From contig CM082593.2 in the NCBI GenBank assembly GCA_040954595.2, forward strand, positions 8,875,200 to 8,939,199: a DNA stretch of 64,000 bases, written 5' to 3'. The DNA comes from Balanoglossus misakiensis (lineage: Eukaryota > Animalia > Hemichordata). The first letter of the stretch is position 1. Every line of letters starts with the position of its first letter. This document shows, one piece after another, positions 24,516 through 37,550 of this stretch. The notes beneath the pieces are model-generated. The model did not search any database. It was not told the origin of the DNA and saw only the letters and a program-made list of their open reading frames with translations. The translations under genes were made by a program, and so were the position numbers.

Positions 24516-27500
24516 CCTGAATTCATTGTTTTTAGTAATCAGGAAAACTTTCATTTGCATATTTTTTTAGAATATAAGAAGATCATTGGAGGCAATGGGG
24601 ACAGAGGAAACGTAAGTTTTGATAATTACTTTGTATACTCTTCATTTTAGGGATCATGTCCAATATTCCCCAGACTTACGTTTTTAAAACAAAACCTTTG
24701 TGACCAAATAATGTGAACAGGCACAATCTCGCAACCAAACACTACTGCAGATATTTGTAAGCTAAATAATGCTTAGACTGTCGACAGTCCCTTGCGCCTA
24801 ATGTGTATCTTTTCAGCGTTTTGTGCAAGGGCCGTAACAGCCCCGAGGGACTGTTATAGCTTGTAAGCCTTGCCTTAATATTAATTATGCAGGCAGAAAA
24901 TGACGTAGTAAAATCCTGGGGAGAACACTGAGCGGCCATTAAAAAACAACAGAATTTTCTACTTTATTAGGCTAATCACTTCCATAACAATATGCATAAC
25001 ATGACAGGTGAAATGTGCCATATGCCATATGATGTTACCATCATAAGTACATTTTTACTTGGCTCAATTTTCAGGCCTAAAAAGTAAAATAGCAGGCAGC
25101 AGTTTGAAGACGGATTGTATTACTTCATCGTCTTTTGATACAAAAATCTTTTATCTTTACTGTGGCTTGTGTCAGTAGCCTATTTGTCTAGTTTCTACCA
25201 TTGAGATGAATGTTAATTCTGAGATTATTTTGAACACAAAAGGTAAAGGATACCTCTACTAAAACACATTATACTTTGACAGAATACCAGCAGTCCAAAA
25301 ATAAAGAAGAGAAAGATAAAAGAAGAAAAACCCATCGTCATTGATGACGACGAAGATGAAGAAGTTCACTTTGGTCCTGCTCTCAGCTTTACATGTAGTC
25401 CAACCCTGGATGACACTTTGCCAATCCAGTAAGAACTATTATTACACATGCATAGTAACTGTAACCTGCACACTACAAGTCTGTCTGGGAGCTTAGTTAA
25501 AGATGAAGTGTCTAGATATATCCAAAACTACAAGTTTACAATTTTATCTTCATTCCTTTCAAGTTTGGCTCTGAGTTTATACATGTAATTACATTCGATC
25601 ACTTCCCATTATGACAGAAAATTCAACATTTTACTTTATGTGACCCCCCTAAACGTTAAAAAAAAACAGATGACCCCCCCCCCCTTTGGACTTCAAAGTT
25701 TATGTGACACCCCCCCCCCCACCCCCGGCCGTGAAAACTGCACAGTCCCTTATAGCACTTCACTACCCCATCAACTTTAAAGACAGAGTCTAATTTTACT
25801 TATAATATCTGAATGGTGTGAATATCAGAATTTTTGTGTGAATATTTGCTTATTCTAACATTTTCAGTCCTGGACCTGTTGACCCAACAACCAACAATAC
25901 ACCTGTTCCCAGTACAAGTGGAGTTCGTTCATACAGGTAAAAATAGATTATTTGTTTTGATCATTTACATAGAAATGCAAGCTATATTTTCGTACCTTAT
26001 AGCGCTTCACTACCCCTTCAACTTCAAAGACATAGTTTAATTTTACTTATAATATCTGAATGGTGTGAATATCAGAATTTTTGTGTGAATATTTGCTTAT
26101 TCTAACATTTTCAGTCCTGGACCTGTTGACCCAACAACCAACAATACACCTGTTCCCAGTACAAGTGGAGTTCGTTCATACAGGTAAAAATAGATTATTT
26201 GTTTTGAGCATTTACATAGAAATGCAAGCTATATTTTCGTACCTTATAGCGCTTCACTACCCCTTCAACTTCAAAGACATAGTTTAATTTTACTTATAAT
26301 ATCTGAATGGTGTGAATATCAGAATTTTTGTGTGAATATTTGCTTATTCTAACATTTTCAGTCCTGGACCTGTTGACCCAACCACCAACAATACACCTGT
26401 TCCCAGTATAAGTGGAGTTCGTTCATACAGGTAAAAATAGATTATTTGTTTTGAGCATTTACATAGAAATGCAAGCTATATTTTCGTACCTTGTAGCTCT
26501 TCTTTAAATGCAGATATAAGGTCACTGTACACTCTCCTGTACACCAGACTAAGACAGACTGGAGAGCTTTCATTGTCTCTTGCACTGTTGAGAGGTTGTT
26601 TCTCAAGAAAAAATTGAAAGGAATATTTTGGATGGAAGACTTATTTTCAAAAGTTCGAAATGCTTGCTCTCTCAATCCCCTGATATCACTTTTATTCCAC
26701 CAACAGTTCATATGTTGACCTTGTTGGGGAACATGAATGGGATTCAAGTGACAACGATGATCCTGACCTGCAAGCGGCCATAACAAATAGCCTTGTCGAG
26801 CAGCAAAATACTAATCTGTAAGTATTTGATATTTCAGACTTTTTACTCCAAACATGTTTTTTGCAAATCGTTTTGGGTTTGCACAAATACTAAAAAAGAA
26901 AAAAATCTGGGAAACTGAATTATGCATTATTTATAATAATGAAGATATAATTGAGTCAATTTTAAAAAATGTGTACACAACCTTTTTGAAAAAGCCTTAT
27001 TGTAGGTTTATAACTATAAAGTTATAATTGTCAGTTATAACTTCTACAGTCATCATTTAATAGTTAAGATCAAAGAACATGATGGGGCACTTCAGGTCCT
27101 AGATCAGTTGCTTCAAATATTTATGTATAGCATAACAAGATCGGAGTGGCATTAAATTTTGCAGTTGCTATAAACATCTAGTAAAAAAGTTTAATGGATA
27201 AGTAGTATTGTGTTGGTGTCCATTGTCACCATGTATTGATGGATAGATCATCCATCCATGGATGCATGCACACATGGATTAGTCATCCGTCACATTAAAG
27301 GGTGGTTTGCACTTCAACTATTCTTTGAATCCTCTACTCTGTTAGATCCATGGAAAACTCTCAGCAGTGTAGATCTTCTATACTATTGAAGTCTATAGTA
27401 TTTTAAGAGCTATTTGCTGTATTTGTTAATTAACACTTTCCCCCAATTGACAGTGACAACGAGCAAGACTTGCAGTCTATCTTGCAAAAGTTGACTTCCA

Positions 27501-30500
27501 AAATTCAGAAAGATAATGAAAATTGTAGCCGCTTCAACATCTGTCGAGGAAGAATATGGGAAGGTGCTGTGAGAGGATTTGCCAGAAAGACGTACAGTCC
27601 TAACCAGAAGATGCGGGTTAGATTTACTGATGACATGGGTCGGGATGAAGGTGCGGTGGACACTGGTGGGCCTACCAGAGAATTTCTGAGATTGCTCATG
27701 CGTTATCTTCAAAAGTCAGCCATGTTTGAGGGTCCAGACAACTCCAAGGCACTCTCTATAAATTCATCAGGTAAGTTAATTTCAAGGACTTCATGCATGC
27801 ATCCATCCATCCATGGCATGCATGCATGCATGCATGCATGCATACATACATACATACATACATACATACATACATACATACATACATTTAAATAATAACA
27901 CATGATAGCGAGGGCAATATCACGATTTGAAGCCTGCACGAGGGATGGTGCTCTCTGACCATAATATTGATGATGCCGGAGCCGCAGGCGAGGGTATCAT
28001 CAATATTGTGGTCAGAGATCACCAGCCCGAGGGCAGGCTTCAAATCGTGATGTTGCCCGAGCATCATGTGTTATTAATTTTATTACGCCGAACATTTGAA
28101 CGTACATACAAGGCAGGCATAGAAGAACGTAGACGCGCGTCCATATGTCGTACGTTGCTGAGAATGTAAAATGTCTCGATCTCCCAAGAATTATACGATA
28201 CCTTAGTACTTCGAACTTAGATTATTTTGAAAATACTGCACTGTTGGTTGCGATTTTGTTGTATTTACTGTCCGTTTGTGGTAAAATATCGTCCAGTTGA
28301 ACAGGTGTTAAGCCTATGTGTCGCTTTGAAGCCATAGATGCGGGAGTTGACTGATCGTGGAGGAAGCCATTGAACGACAGTTTGGAACGCGCAGAAGTCG
28401 CGTGCAGAACACAAAACAACCCAGCGGGCAATATCAGCGCACGCGACAGGGCTTTATCAACTCTAGCCATGTTATATCACTTTTTTTTCTATATCACGTG
28501 AGCGCGTCTCAGCCAATCACGAATATAGTATAATACGTGAGGTGTAATAAACATACATACATACATCTCTATATATCTATAAGTCATTTAATTTAATCAT
28601 TAATTCATTAATACTTACAACACTATGAAACTCTTTTGGCAGCAATGGATGAAGACTGGTATTTTCTGGCTGGCCGTATAATAGCTGTGTCAATAGTGCA
28701 TGGTGGGCCTGGGCCACACTTTTTCTCAAGAACTTTGTATGACAGTCTTGCACTTGGGTTCAACAAAGTTATACCAACTATATCAGACGTTACCAACCAC
28801 GATGTAAGGGAACAACTATTAGCTGTAAGTATATGGTTCTTCAAATAAATGTTAACTAGGCTTTTTTTCTATTAGATTACTCTGCGAAGTTCATGCATAT
28901 TGAGGCCCTTTATGGGATGCATTTCTATTCCTGCTTACATGTTGTACTTTTATTATACACGTACTGCTGTTAACCTATAGCATTCCATCGTATAATTACT
29001 TTCTGTGTTGGTTTGATATACAAGAGTCCCAATATGGGTGATATAACATGTCTTTACCTCTTTATAGTACTGACTGGTGGAAAATTTGTTGGCGGAAGGG
29101 GTGGCAATGCAGTTGAAGAAGTTTATCATTTGTGCAGCTGTCCATTTTATCTGTTGCATGTGGCTCTTTACAATTCAAAATCGATCATAAAATGATCCCA
29201 ATATGAATATTTGAATGAATGTTCCATAAAAGAAACTTGCAGCTAAATTCTCCCATTGTCACCAATGGGAAATTAATTACTGGTCTTTATATATTTTTGT
29301 AGATTATGAATGCCAGTACAGAAGAACAGCTAAGAACTGCGGTAGAGATGGCAGATCAGTTGACAGCTGTATCTGGGACTGATCATTTCTTGCCCACTCT
29401 GCAATCAAGACATAAATTGGTTGGTGACATAATAAAATTCTATGTCTTCAACAGGACTATGTGCGCTTACGAAAGGTAATTGCTAATTTTATTGTGACTA
29501 TACATGTATTGAAGTAATATTATGCAGGGTATTGTTGAAAGATGATGGTATGTGTTTTGGATCACTTTATATCTTGCAGCAAATGTATCTCTCCTGGTCT
29601 TCATCAAAGACCTTAATTGGGGGGAAAAAAAGTGTAGTCCTACTTTGCAAACTTCTAAGTACTAGTATAATTCCACCATTTGAACATTAAAATGAATGTG
29701 AAGCAGCCTATAATTAGATCAAAAACTTCACATGCCAGTACAGGCATGTGTCAAGATATCTTATAACACACCATGCAGCGAACCCTCGATCGTGATTCGT
29801 CAATACGCCGTCACGTGACCTTTGTCATTTCAAACTGTTCCCTAGGGCATCAGTTCGATCAGTTTCTGCCCGGTACTGTTGCCTGGATGTGGTGTGTGTC
29901 GTGTTTGGTGTGTTATAAAACTCATGATGACTGACATATTCGGGCAACAGTGTATTTTTGATGACCTCGGGACTGCATGTCACACCAAAACAGTCTGTGC
30001 CCTCGGTCATCAAAATACACTGTTGCCCTCATTGTCAGTCATCATGTGTATACTGTAGATAGGAGTTTGTTAAATGAAGTTGTCATTACCAAAAATATGC
30101 AAGTCAGCTGGGAAAATGTGAAATTGGTCAGAACTCAACAACCCCTGGTCAGATTGGTTTGAAAATTGGTATGCAGGTACCTTATTTCAACCTCATACAG
30201 TCCTTTTAAAAATTGAGTTAAAATAATGAATTTTTTTATTTTTTATGATTTATTTGTCTTTGTCCACATTATTGGCAAAAAATATTAAATTCTGAAAGTG
30301 ATATAGGCAGACTTCCTTGAAATATAGGTGGACTGAGTTACCATAGTTTTGTTCAATATACCAACTGTTCTATTTGGTGCATGTACAGTACACACGTGCC
30401 ATTGGCGGTTTTTGGGTCAGTCAGTGTTTGCCCGTTGATCTCTCTATGTGTGTGCAGTCTCTGTCTGTGTATGTACTCTGGTGTGGACTTTTTCTTGTGT

Positions 30501-31488
30501 AATCCCTAAATGGGACCACAGTGTCCTTGATGCTAATTTTAATTACCAGTGGTGGGTCAGTGAGTGTCTCTGTCTGTCCCCGGACTGACTGACAGAAATT
30601 GCTTATCATATGTGTTTGTACAATTTATTGAGGAAATACTTGGACTTAACTTTCATTTTTTTATTTCAGATTTAAAGCTGGACTATCTACCCTGGGGGTA
30701 CTACAGAGTATTATGGATAACCCATTGTCATTCATGGGTGTATTTATTCCTAATCAGAATAAAATAACGGCTGAAAGTTTGGAGCGGATCTTCACAGTTA
30801 CCCTGAGTCCAGAAGGATCCAATCAACATCAATATCAAACAGCATCTCTCAGTTACTGGCGAGATTATTTAGTTGACATTGAAGGTATATTCCTTGAACT
30901 ATTTGAATTTTTTACAGTTTTAAAATTTGACTACAGATTGCAGTTTTCAATTATTGTACCAAATGTATAAAATGTTTTTCTTATCAAGCATGTATCTCGG
31001 CTTGATACTAGTCTGACCGATGCTCCAGTTTAGTCTCTGAGTAAGGCTAAGTTAAATATTCTAGAACAGATCTTTTTTCAGTTTTGTGGGTGCCCAGTTA
31101 GTTAAAAATATGGCAGAAACATTTTTTATTGGAAGTGTGATTATCTGGTAATAGACCGCAAATATTGGGTACCTCTTCATGAATGTCATTTCAATGTCAC
31201 AAACTGCCATATCTCTGACAATAGACATCTCTTTTATTAATGTTAATAGAAGGAGAATCCGATGTCACATTGACTGATATCTTAGTGTTTGCTACTGGAC
31301 TAGATGTAACGCCACCTTTGGGCTTCTTTCCATCACCGACATTGGAATTTATAGAAGGTGAACGGAGCATGCCAACTGCCAATACATGTAGCAATATTCT
31401 ACACATACCCGTGCGTAAATCCTACAACCTTTTCAAGGAGTCCATGGACTTTGGAATCCTTAACTGCGCTGGATTTGGCCAGGTGTAA
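23646..31488 (+). CDS. G2E3-like HECT E3 ubiquitin ligase with UIM (IS3EU cargo gene)
   Basis: Exons ~23646-23742, 23892-24095, 25283-25428, 25868-25936, 26115-26183, 26362-26430, 26707-26817, 27454-27770, 28643-28824, 29303-29475, 30670-30884, 31250-31488. Phase-compatible from 25283 to the stop. Motifs EGAVDTGGPTREF, SIVHGGPGPHFF, LVFATG...PPLGF, PTANTC (catalytic Cys), terminal GFGQV*, UIM DDPDLQAAITNSL. Confidence 0.88.
25749..26497 (+). repeat. 247-bp tandem repeat x3, each holding a 69-nt symmetric exon
   Basis: TTTTCAG|TCCTGGACC...TCATACAG|GTAAAA at 25868, 26115, 26362. Confidence 0.92.
27795..27887. repeat. (CATG/CATC/CATA)n microsatellite, resuming at 28552
   Basis: Direct reading. 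Confidence 0.9.
27888..28551. mobile_element. Crypton-like non-autonomous element inserted in the microsatellite of a HECT intron
   Basis: ~185-bp imperfect hairpin (AATAACACATGAT...ATCATGTGTTATT), then TTTATTACGCC ... GGTGTAATAAA inverted pair. (CATA)n on both sides. Confidence 0.7.
29761..30052 (-). mobile_element. Hairpin-plus-short-IR repeat (Crypton-like non-autonomous), copy 2
   Basis: TTATAACACACC...GGTGTGTTATAA followed by hairpin CATGATGACTGAC...GTCAGTCATCATG. Reverse homologue of 7657-7912. Confidence 0.7.
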
Positions 31489-32281
31489 GGTAGGTAGATT
31501 TTTATTTTGTATATTGATTGTGGGTCGCTTTGGTAACCTGTACCCGGGGCTACTGCTTGTGTGCCATCCACTAATCTCCTAGTGTTACTTAATTTTGTGA
31601 TTTGCGTCATGGTACTGGCTTACAATGAAATAATGAAGATTGGCCAAAAATTTCACCTAACACACACGGCTAGACAAGTGCTAAACAAGTCAACTGACAA
31701 ACAAACAAAAAAGTTTTATTTACCTTTTGACTGTGTACATTTTGATATCTCCACTCTACTTCAGTAAAGTGATGGTCTGTTTTTGCATTTGTTATGTCTC
31801 AGATAATCACCATTGGCTATTATTTCATCTTTGGTTTTGAAAGATGAAAACAATTTGTTACTATAGTTACACCTATTCCAAACTAGAAATCAAGGCGATT
31901 AATTTTTTGTTTTGTTTTAGGCAAATATGCTTGGAATTTGTTTGGTGTTTTTTAGTTGAATTCAAGGACCATGTGTGTTAAAAATGTGAATATCTATTTT
32001 AATGAATTGTTGCCAGAGTTGGTAATATAATAAATTCTCAGTCTTTTCTTTTATTTACATACAGGTATGTGTAACTCACAGCTCGGCGAGTGGCCAATGG
32101 ACCAAGACCCACCCAGGCCTCGAACTTTAGTCTTTTTATTAAATTTATACCTTTACTTATACCTCTATGGTTAAGCTATGTCCACGTCTTATTGTGGAAT
32201 TCTGGTCTGTGCAATAGTCCTGTACAGTGACTGTCTATTGGCCAGTGAGCACAATGGGGCCAAAATAAAAGGCAAATTTTT

Positions 32282-32910
32282 GGGCTCACCTGTAACACCT
32301 GCTTAACACATTAATTATGTGCATACCTAATTCCGGGCTAATTAATAGGGCTAGAGGTTTCGTTCTTGTGGGACATGGACCAGTATAGGGTCAAAATTTC
32401 TTTGGGTGACCTCAGGTGACCTTTGACCTACTTTCCTATATCTGGGCATCCAGAGCAGGTACAGACTTGGCGTTTGGAGGGTTGGGACTAAAATTGAAAA
32501 GCCAAAATATGGGTCACCTGTGACACCTGCATATCTCATTAATTATGTGCATACCTAATTCCAGGCTAACCAATAGGGCTATAGGTTTGGTTTTTGTTGA
32601 ACATGGACCAGTATAGGGTCAAAATTTCTTGCCCAAATTTTGCATGACCTCAGGTGACCTCTGACCTACTTTTCCATATCTTGGCATCCAGAGCAGGTAC
32701 AGACTTGGCGTTTGGAGGATTGGCACTAAAATTGAGAAGCCAAAATTGGGGGTCACCTGTGACACCTGCATATCTCATTAATTATGTGCATACCTAATTC
32801 CAGGCTAACAAATAAGGCTATAGGTTTGGTTTTTGTTGAACATGGACCAGTATAGGGTCAAAATTTCTTGCCCAAATTTTGCATGACCTTAGGTGACCTT
32901 TGACCTACTT
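32282..32910. repeat. ~230-240-bp tandem repeat (~2.7 copies) between the convergent cargo genes
   Basis: GGTCACCTGTGACACCTGCATATCTCATTAATTATGTGCATACCTAATTCC recurs near 32282, 32511, 32750. Confidence 0.85.
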
Positions 32911-35900
32911 TACCATATTAAAAATGTTAAAACACATCCTAAGACATCTCAGATTTTGTATCCTATGTTATACTGCTATATTGGCGATGGAATTCATTGT
33001 GTATTGTTTATATCAAATTGCACCAGGGCAAGGTATGAGAAATGCATTTTGACGGCCGATTATATCTTCGATAAAATAAGAAAAAAATAACGGCATATAA
33101 AGACACACAACTCTGTTTTTTTCTTCAAATTGTTCTTTCTAAATATTTTTTTACAATAGAATATTGATTTTACAGTATGTTTTACTGATGTATTTGTATG
33201 TATTCACCAGCCCAATTGGGCCGACGAGGCGTGAAAATAACCGGCCCACTGGTAAAATAAACTTGGTGAAAAACTTAAATATTTCACGTGAAGTGTGTCA
33301 TTCACAGAGTACAATATTTTACCCACCATTCGCCATAATTTGTATCATCAAAGGTTGCCATCTTAACATCTTTTTCTGTTTAACATAGAAACAATGATAA
33401 GTTGAGGAATTAGAGGGAAAATTTCAAATACAGTATCAAAATTTAAAAGCCTTAGAAATCAAAGTATTCATGTACTGCAAATGTCACACTTTGGAGGAAA
33501 CAAGCAAATGACTGTGAGGTGGCCAGTCTCTGTTGAAAGTTAACATTTAAATTTCTTTTGTTCTGTCAATAGTAAATAGTAAATATCAGTATCTTTTTGT
33601 TTGACTAAAGTGTTCCTTTTTCACTTCAAACTTTTCTGTACAGTTGAACAATTAAGCCTAATTTGCGTACAGTCAATTAACTGAGCTGCATCCGTTAATT
33701 TTGAATGAGGAGATACACAGCACTGAACACCGTACTTTTCACAGCTCAAGTTCTAGGTTATAAGTTGTAAAAGTAAAAAAAAAATCACACATAGACACTT
33801 CAGTTTATAGTTTACATGACCATGTCATTTTATTCTAAAATATATTGATTATTTTATGCTAGACTAAACGAGGCCTTACATTTAATAACTGAAATGGAAC
33901 AAATACATGTAAGTTCCAACATGTGTGGCCGGTCTGGCTACAGAGGTGAACTGCTAAATTACACACATGTAGGGAGTTCACCTTCAAAAGAATACACCAA
34001 AATTCATGCAAGTGAAAAATACAGACATACAATTGGAAAATTGACGCAAGTTAAAGACACCAATTACTTGTGCTGAATTGAGTCGGTAGAATGCACCAAA
34101 ATACAAAGCTTCAAGCAACAGGTAAGGTACAAAGAAACTAACCTGAAATGGTACAAATATATGTCAGTTCCAACGTGTGTGGCCGGTCTGGCTACAGAGG
34201 TGAACTGACCAATTTTATGCACAATGTCCTTTTATATCAGCAACTACATCATAGTGCCAGATTAGCTTGCATTCATTGGTCAAATGAAACTTCCAGGTGG
34301 TTTGCATATAATTAAGATCAACCAATTGAAGGTAAGTACTATTACGTCATATGAATAGTTGAATAACTAATTACTACAAGATACAGGTATAACATACATA
34401 CAGATATACATGTATACAAATTCAATGGATCAACAAGGCCGTTACAGAATCATGGGATTTTTCTAGTACTGTGATTCAGTCTGGTAATTTTTCCAAAAGT
34501 GTGAGGTATAGCGCTTCAGCATCTGACGGATTCCTGGCTGGCAATAGCAAATCATCCATCATAATCTGATGTAGATATTCATCTACCTGGCAGTCGCCCA
34601 CATAATTAGGTGTACATGCGTGTCCGTCCAGATCTTCAATGTTACATTGTATTGGTTGTAGACAATCAATACCACCTGTAAAAGGAAAGTGGCTCTCATA
34701 TAAGACACACAGGAAGCATTCACTAAACAACGATTTACTTTAGCCATGAGGAAAACATACCATAAGAAGCAAAATTTGTGAACATAGTTAACTCTATAAA
34801 TTTGCAACTTCAACTCGGCCAACCAAAATTATTCTGTTATGTCAAAACAAATAGACTTATCCACCAAAAACGGTTAAATTCTAATACTGTAAAACATGTA
34901 GACATTTGTGATGACCAACATATTACCTGACAACTCGGGACAATGGTAAAGTACATTTGGTATCCCACATGGCACATGAAGTTGAGGCTGCTTGCGGATA
35001 CAATGATCATTCCACTCCGAAATAATTTGATCCAGTTCATTTTGTATAACAGGCAAATAACAATGGCGGATTAGACACCTAAAACAACAAATACGGTACT
35101 GTTAACACACATTTGCATCTTTTTAACTAATTTTGTCAGGCCTAAGACACAAAAGATTGATTTTTTTTCCACTGTGGGAGAAGTGTTGAGTTGATTTAGT
35201 TAAAAATCGAAGTCTCAAAACATGTCATTAGGCGGAAAGGTAATGGGATGCCAGGTACAAATTTTGTAAATTTAAGACAAAAGTATTGTGAGTAATGAGC
35301 TATTTATATTAAGAAATACAATACCAACTTGTGCAGATGGCTTCTACGAATAAAGAGGCCTTGATTTGTTAGAGTAGAAAAATACTGCCGCCACCACTCA
35401 GTCCAAGATTTCAGCAGATGAGACCAGAATGCCTCAATCCTCTGTAAAAAAAAATACATATTACCATTGTTATGGGGGTGGGTTTTAATTTATACACATT
35501 TAGTAAGGATGACCCCCCCCCCCCCCTAACAAACACTGATTCCTGTTTAAATTAGTATAATAACACTGCAACTTAATGTTGATATTATGAAAGAAGTGAC
35601 TCCAAACAATGCTGTTCCTATTTTTGGGATTGGTTACACCGTCTTGAAATTGGTAGTCGATGTTGTCTCTGCTATATCAATAGATGCACACGACACCAAA
35701 ACTTGAATAAGGACAAAACTCCACAGTCCTGACTGGTTAAACAAATACAGTCATGATAAATGTGCACAGTTTTTCCTATATGTATATAAAGTAATGCCAG
35801 CAACAAGCAGCAGCATTTAAGCTTCTGGTAAGGCTTTGTGGTCTGTCATTTGAAATAAGACAAGCAATGTAATTTAGTACAAGTAGTGTGCTGATATAAA

Positions 35901-36654
35901 TAACATTTCTGTTTGGTCCTTGGATCAACACTCGGTTATCTGTAGAGCTTAAGTACTGTACTATTCATCAATAAATAACATTGAAGTGTTGAAGTTTTAC
36001 ATTCAGATAATAGATACTCCACATTACCCCTTGTTTTTGATTTATCATCGACACTATTTTAAATCTATATTGTTATCCCAATAAACATTCTCCTCTGATA
36101 TGGATTTGCTATATAAACGATATCTCACATTACTAAGATCAATTTACCTGATTGGCAGTGGATTTTCCATAAATGAAAGAATCCTCTCCAGAATAAGGAT
36201 CATTTCCTAGTTGACGTAGATAAATTTGCATGGCAGCAACTGTATGGTTTTCTGTGCCTGGATCTGCACGCATTCGCAGAGGACAACCTATTTGTATCAG
36301 AGGGTTTAACAGACATAAATAATATTGGAAGAAAACAAATTTACACATAACATACAAGTATTGACAAAGCAGTTGCGATATTTTACAGGCATATAGGCTT
36401 CCATGCATAAATGCCCTTTTTAATCGTATGTTAAATAGGTTTTGTTGTACAACATCTACAGAATCAAGTCTGAAACATTTTTGATGAGAAGTTTACAAGA
36501 ACAGTTACCCAATAGAAACATGGCCAGCACTTCATAAATTTGCATATAACATTTACACAATATTAACACCATCTGACTGGTCAACATGACCTACAGATGT
36601 TTTGTAAAGGTGTCAAAAAAAATTTTTCCTGTAAAAATCACCTGAGCCAATTAA

Positions 36655-36998
36655 AGGGACAAAGTCTCTCACTGTCCTTGTCCCATTAATTATGTTTTAT
36701 ACAAGATACTGTTTATGTTATTCTACATGGGGATATATAGTGAATCAACATTCAACCACACACATTTTCCATCCCACTTGTAGACACGAGGGTGAAAAAC
36801 TCGCCAAAATGAATAATCGGTGTTTACCATTTATTCATTTTTGGCAGGATTTTAACTCTTATATCATACAAATGGGATGGAGGTTGTGTGTGATCAAACG
36901 TTGATTCGCTATAAATCCACATGTAGAATAAAATAAACCGTGTCTTGTATCAAACATAATTAATGGGAAAAGGGCAGTGAGAGACGGACTTTGTCCCT
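36655..36998. mobile_element. Kolobok-type palindromic MITE, copy 4 (in transposase intron)
   Basis: TTAA|AGGGACAAAGTCTCTC ... GACTTTGTCCCT|TTAA. Confidence 0.9.
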
Positions 36999-37333
36999 TT
37001 AAACTTTATAAAAATGCCAACCTTCACCTTCAGAAAATGCCTGTCCTATTCATAAATCTACTTTCTTAGTTTCAGCTCTACAAACACTTCACTTCAACCT
37101 CACTTACCATTTAATTCTTTAACACAAGACAAATAGTAATGTGCAATAACTGCTGGGTTGTTATTTGTACTTGCAGCTTTGGCCCACACTATTTTCCTAG
37201 AATAACTGAATAAGACACATGTACATGAAGATATGACACAGGTGAGGGATTAGTTCAAACAAGTCATGTTATACTAATGCAAGCTTGTGAACGTGTCAAT
37301 TGAAATGCAAGTTTTAATATGAATTTCAAGAAA

Positions 37334-37550
37334 CCGTACTCGTCCGATCATAGCCCCATGCTCATTTATGCTGCTCACTTTTACATACATGTAGTGTCCT
37401 GACTACTGACGTGCCTGTACATTAATTTATTCCCATAAATTAGCATTAAATAAGCCCAACCGTATACAAACATTCTATTATAGGCCCATACCCTACAAAT
37501 TTTTAGAATTTCCTTTCACTCCCTTGGGGCTTATGATGGGACAAGTACGG
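37334..37550. mobile_element. Tc1/pogo-like MITE
   Basis: CCGTACTCGTCCGATCATAGCCCC ... GGGGCTTATGATGGGACAAGTACGG|TA. Confidence 0.6.

Noticed and set aside
25834-26287. Duplicated 68-aa ORFs MCEYLLILTF...
   Set aside because: Wrong frame and read through introns; the coding parts are the 69-nt exons.
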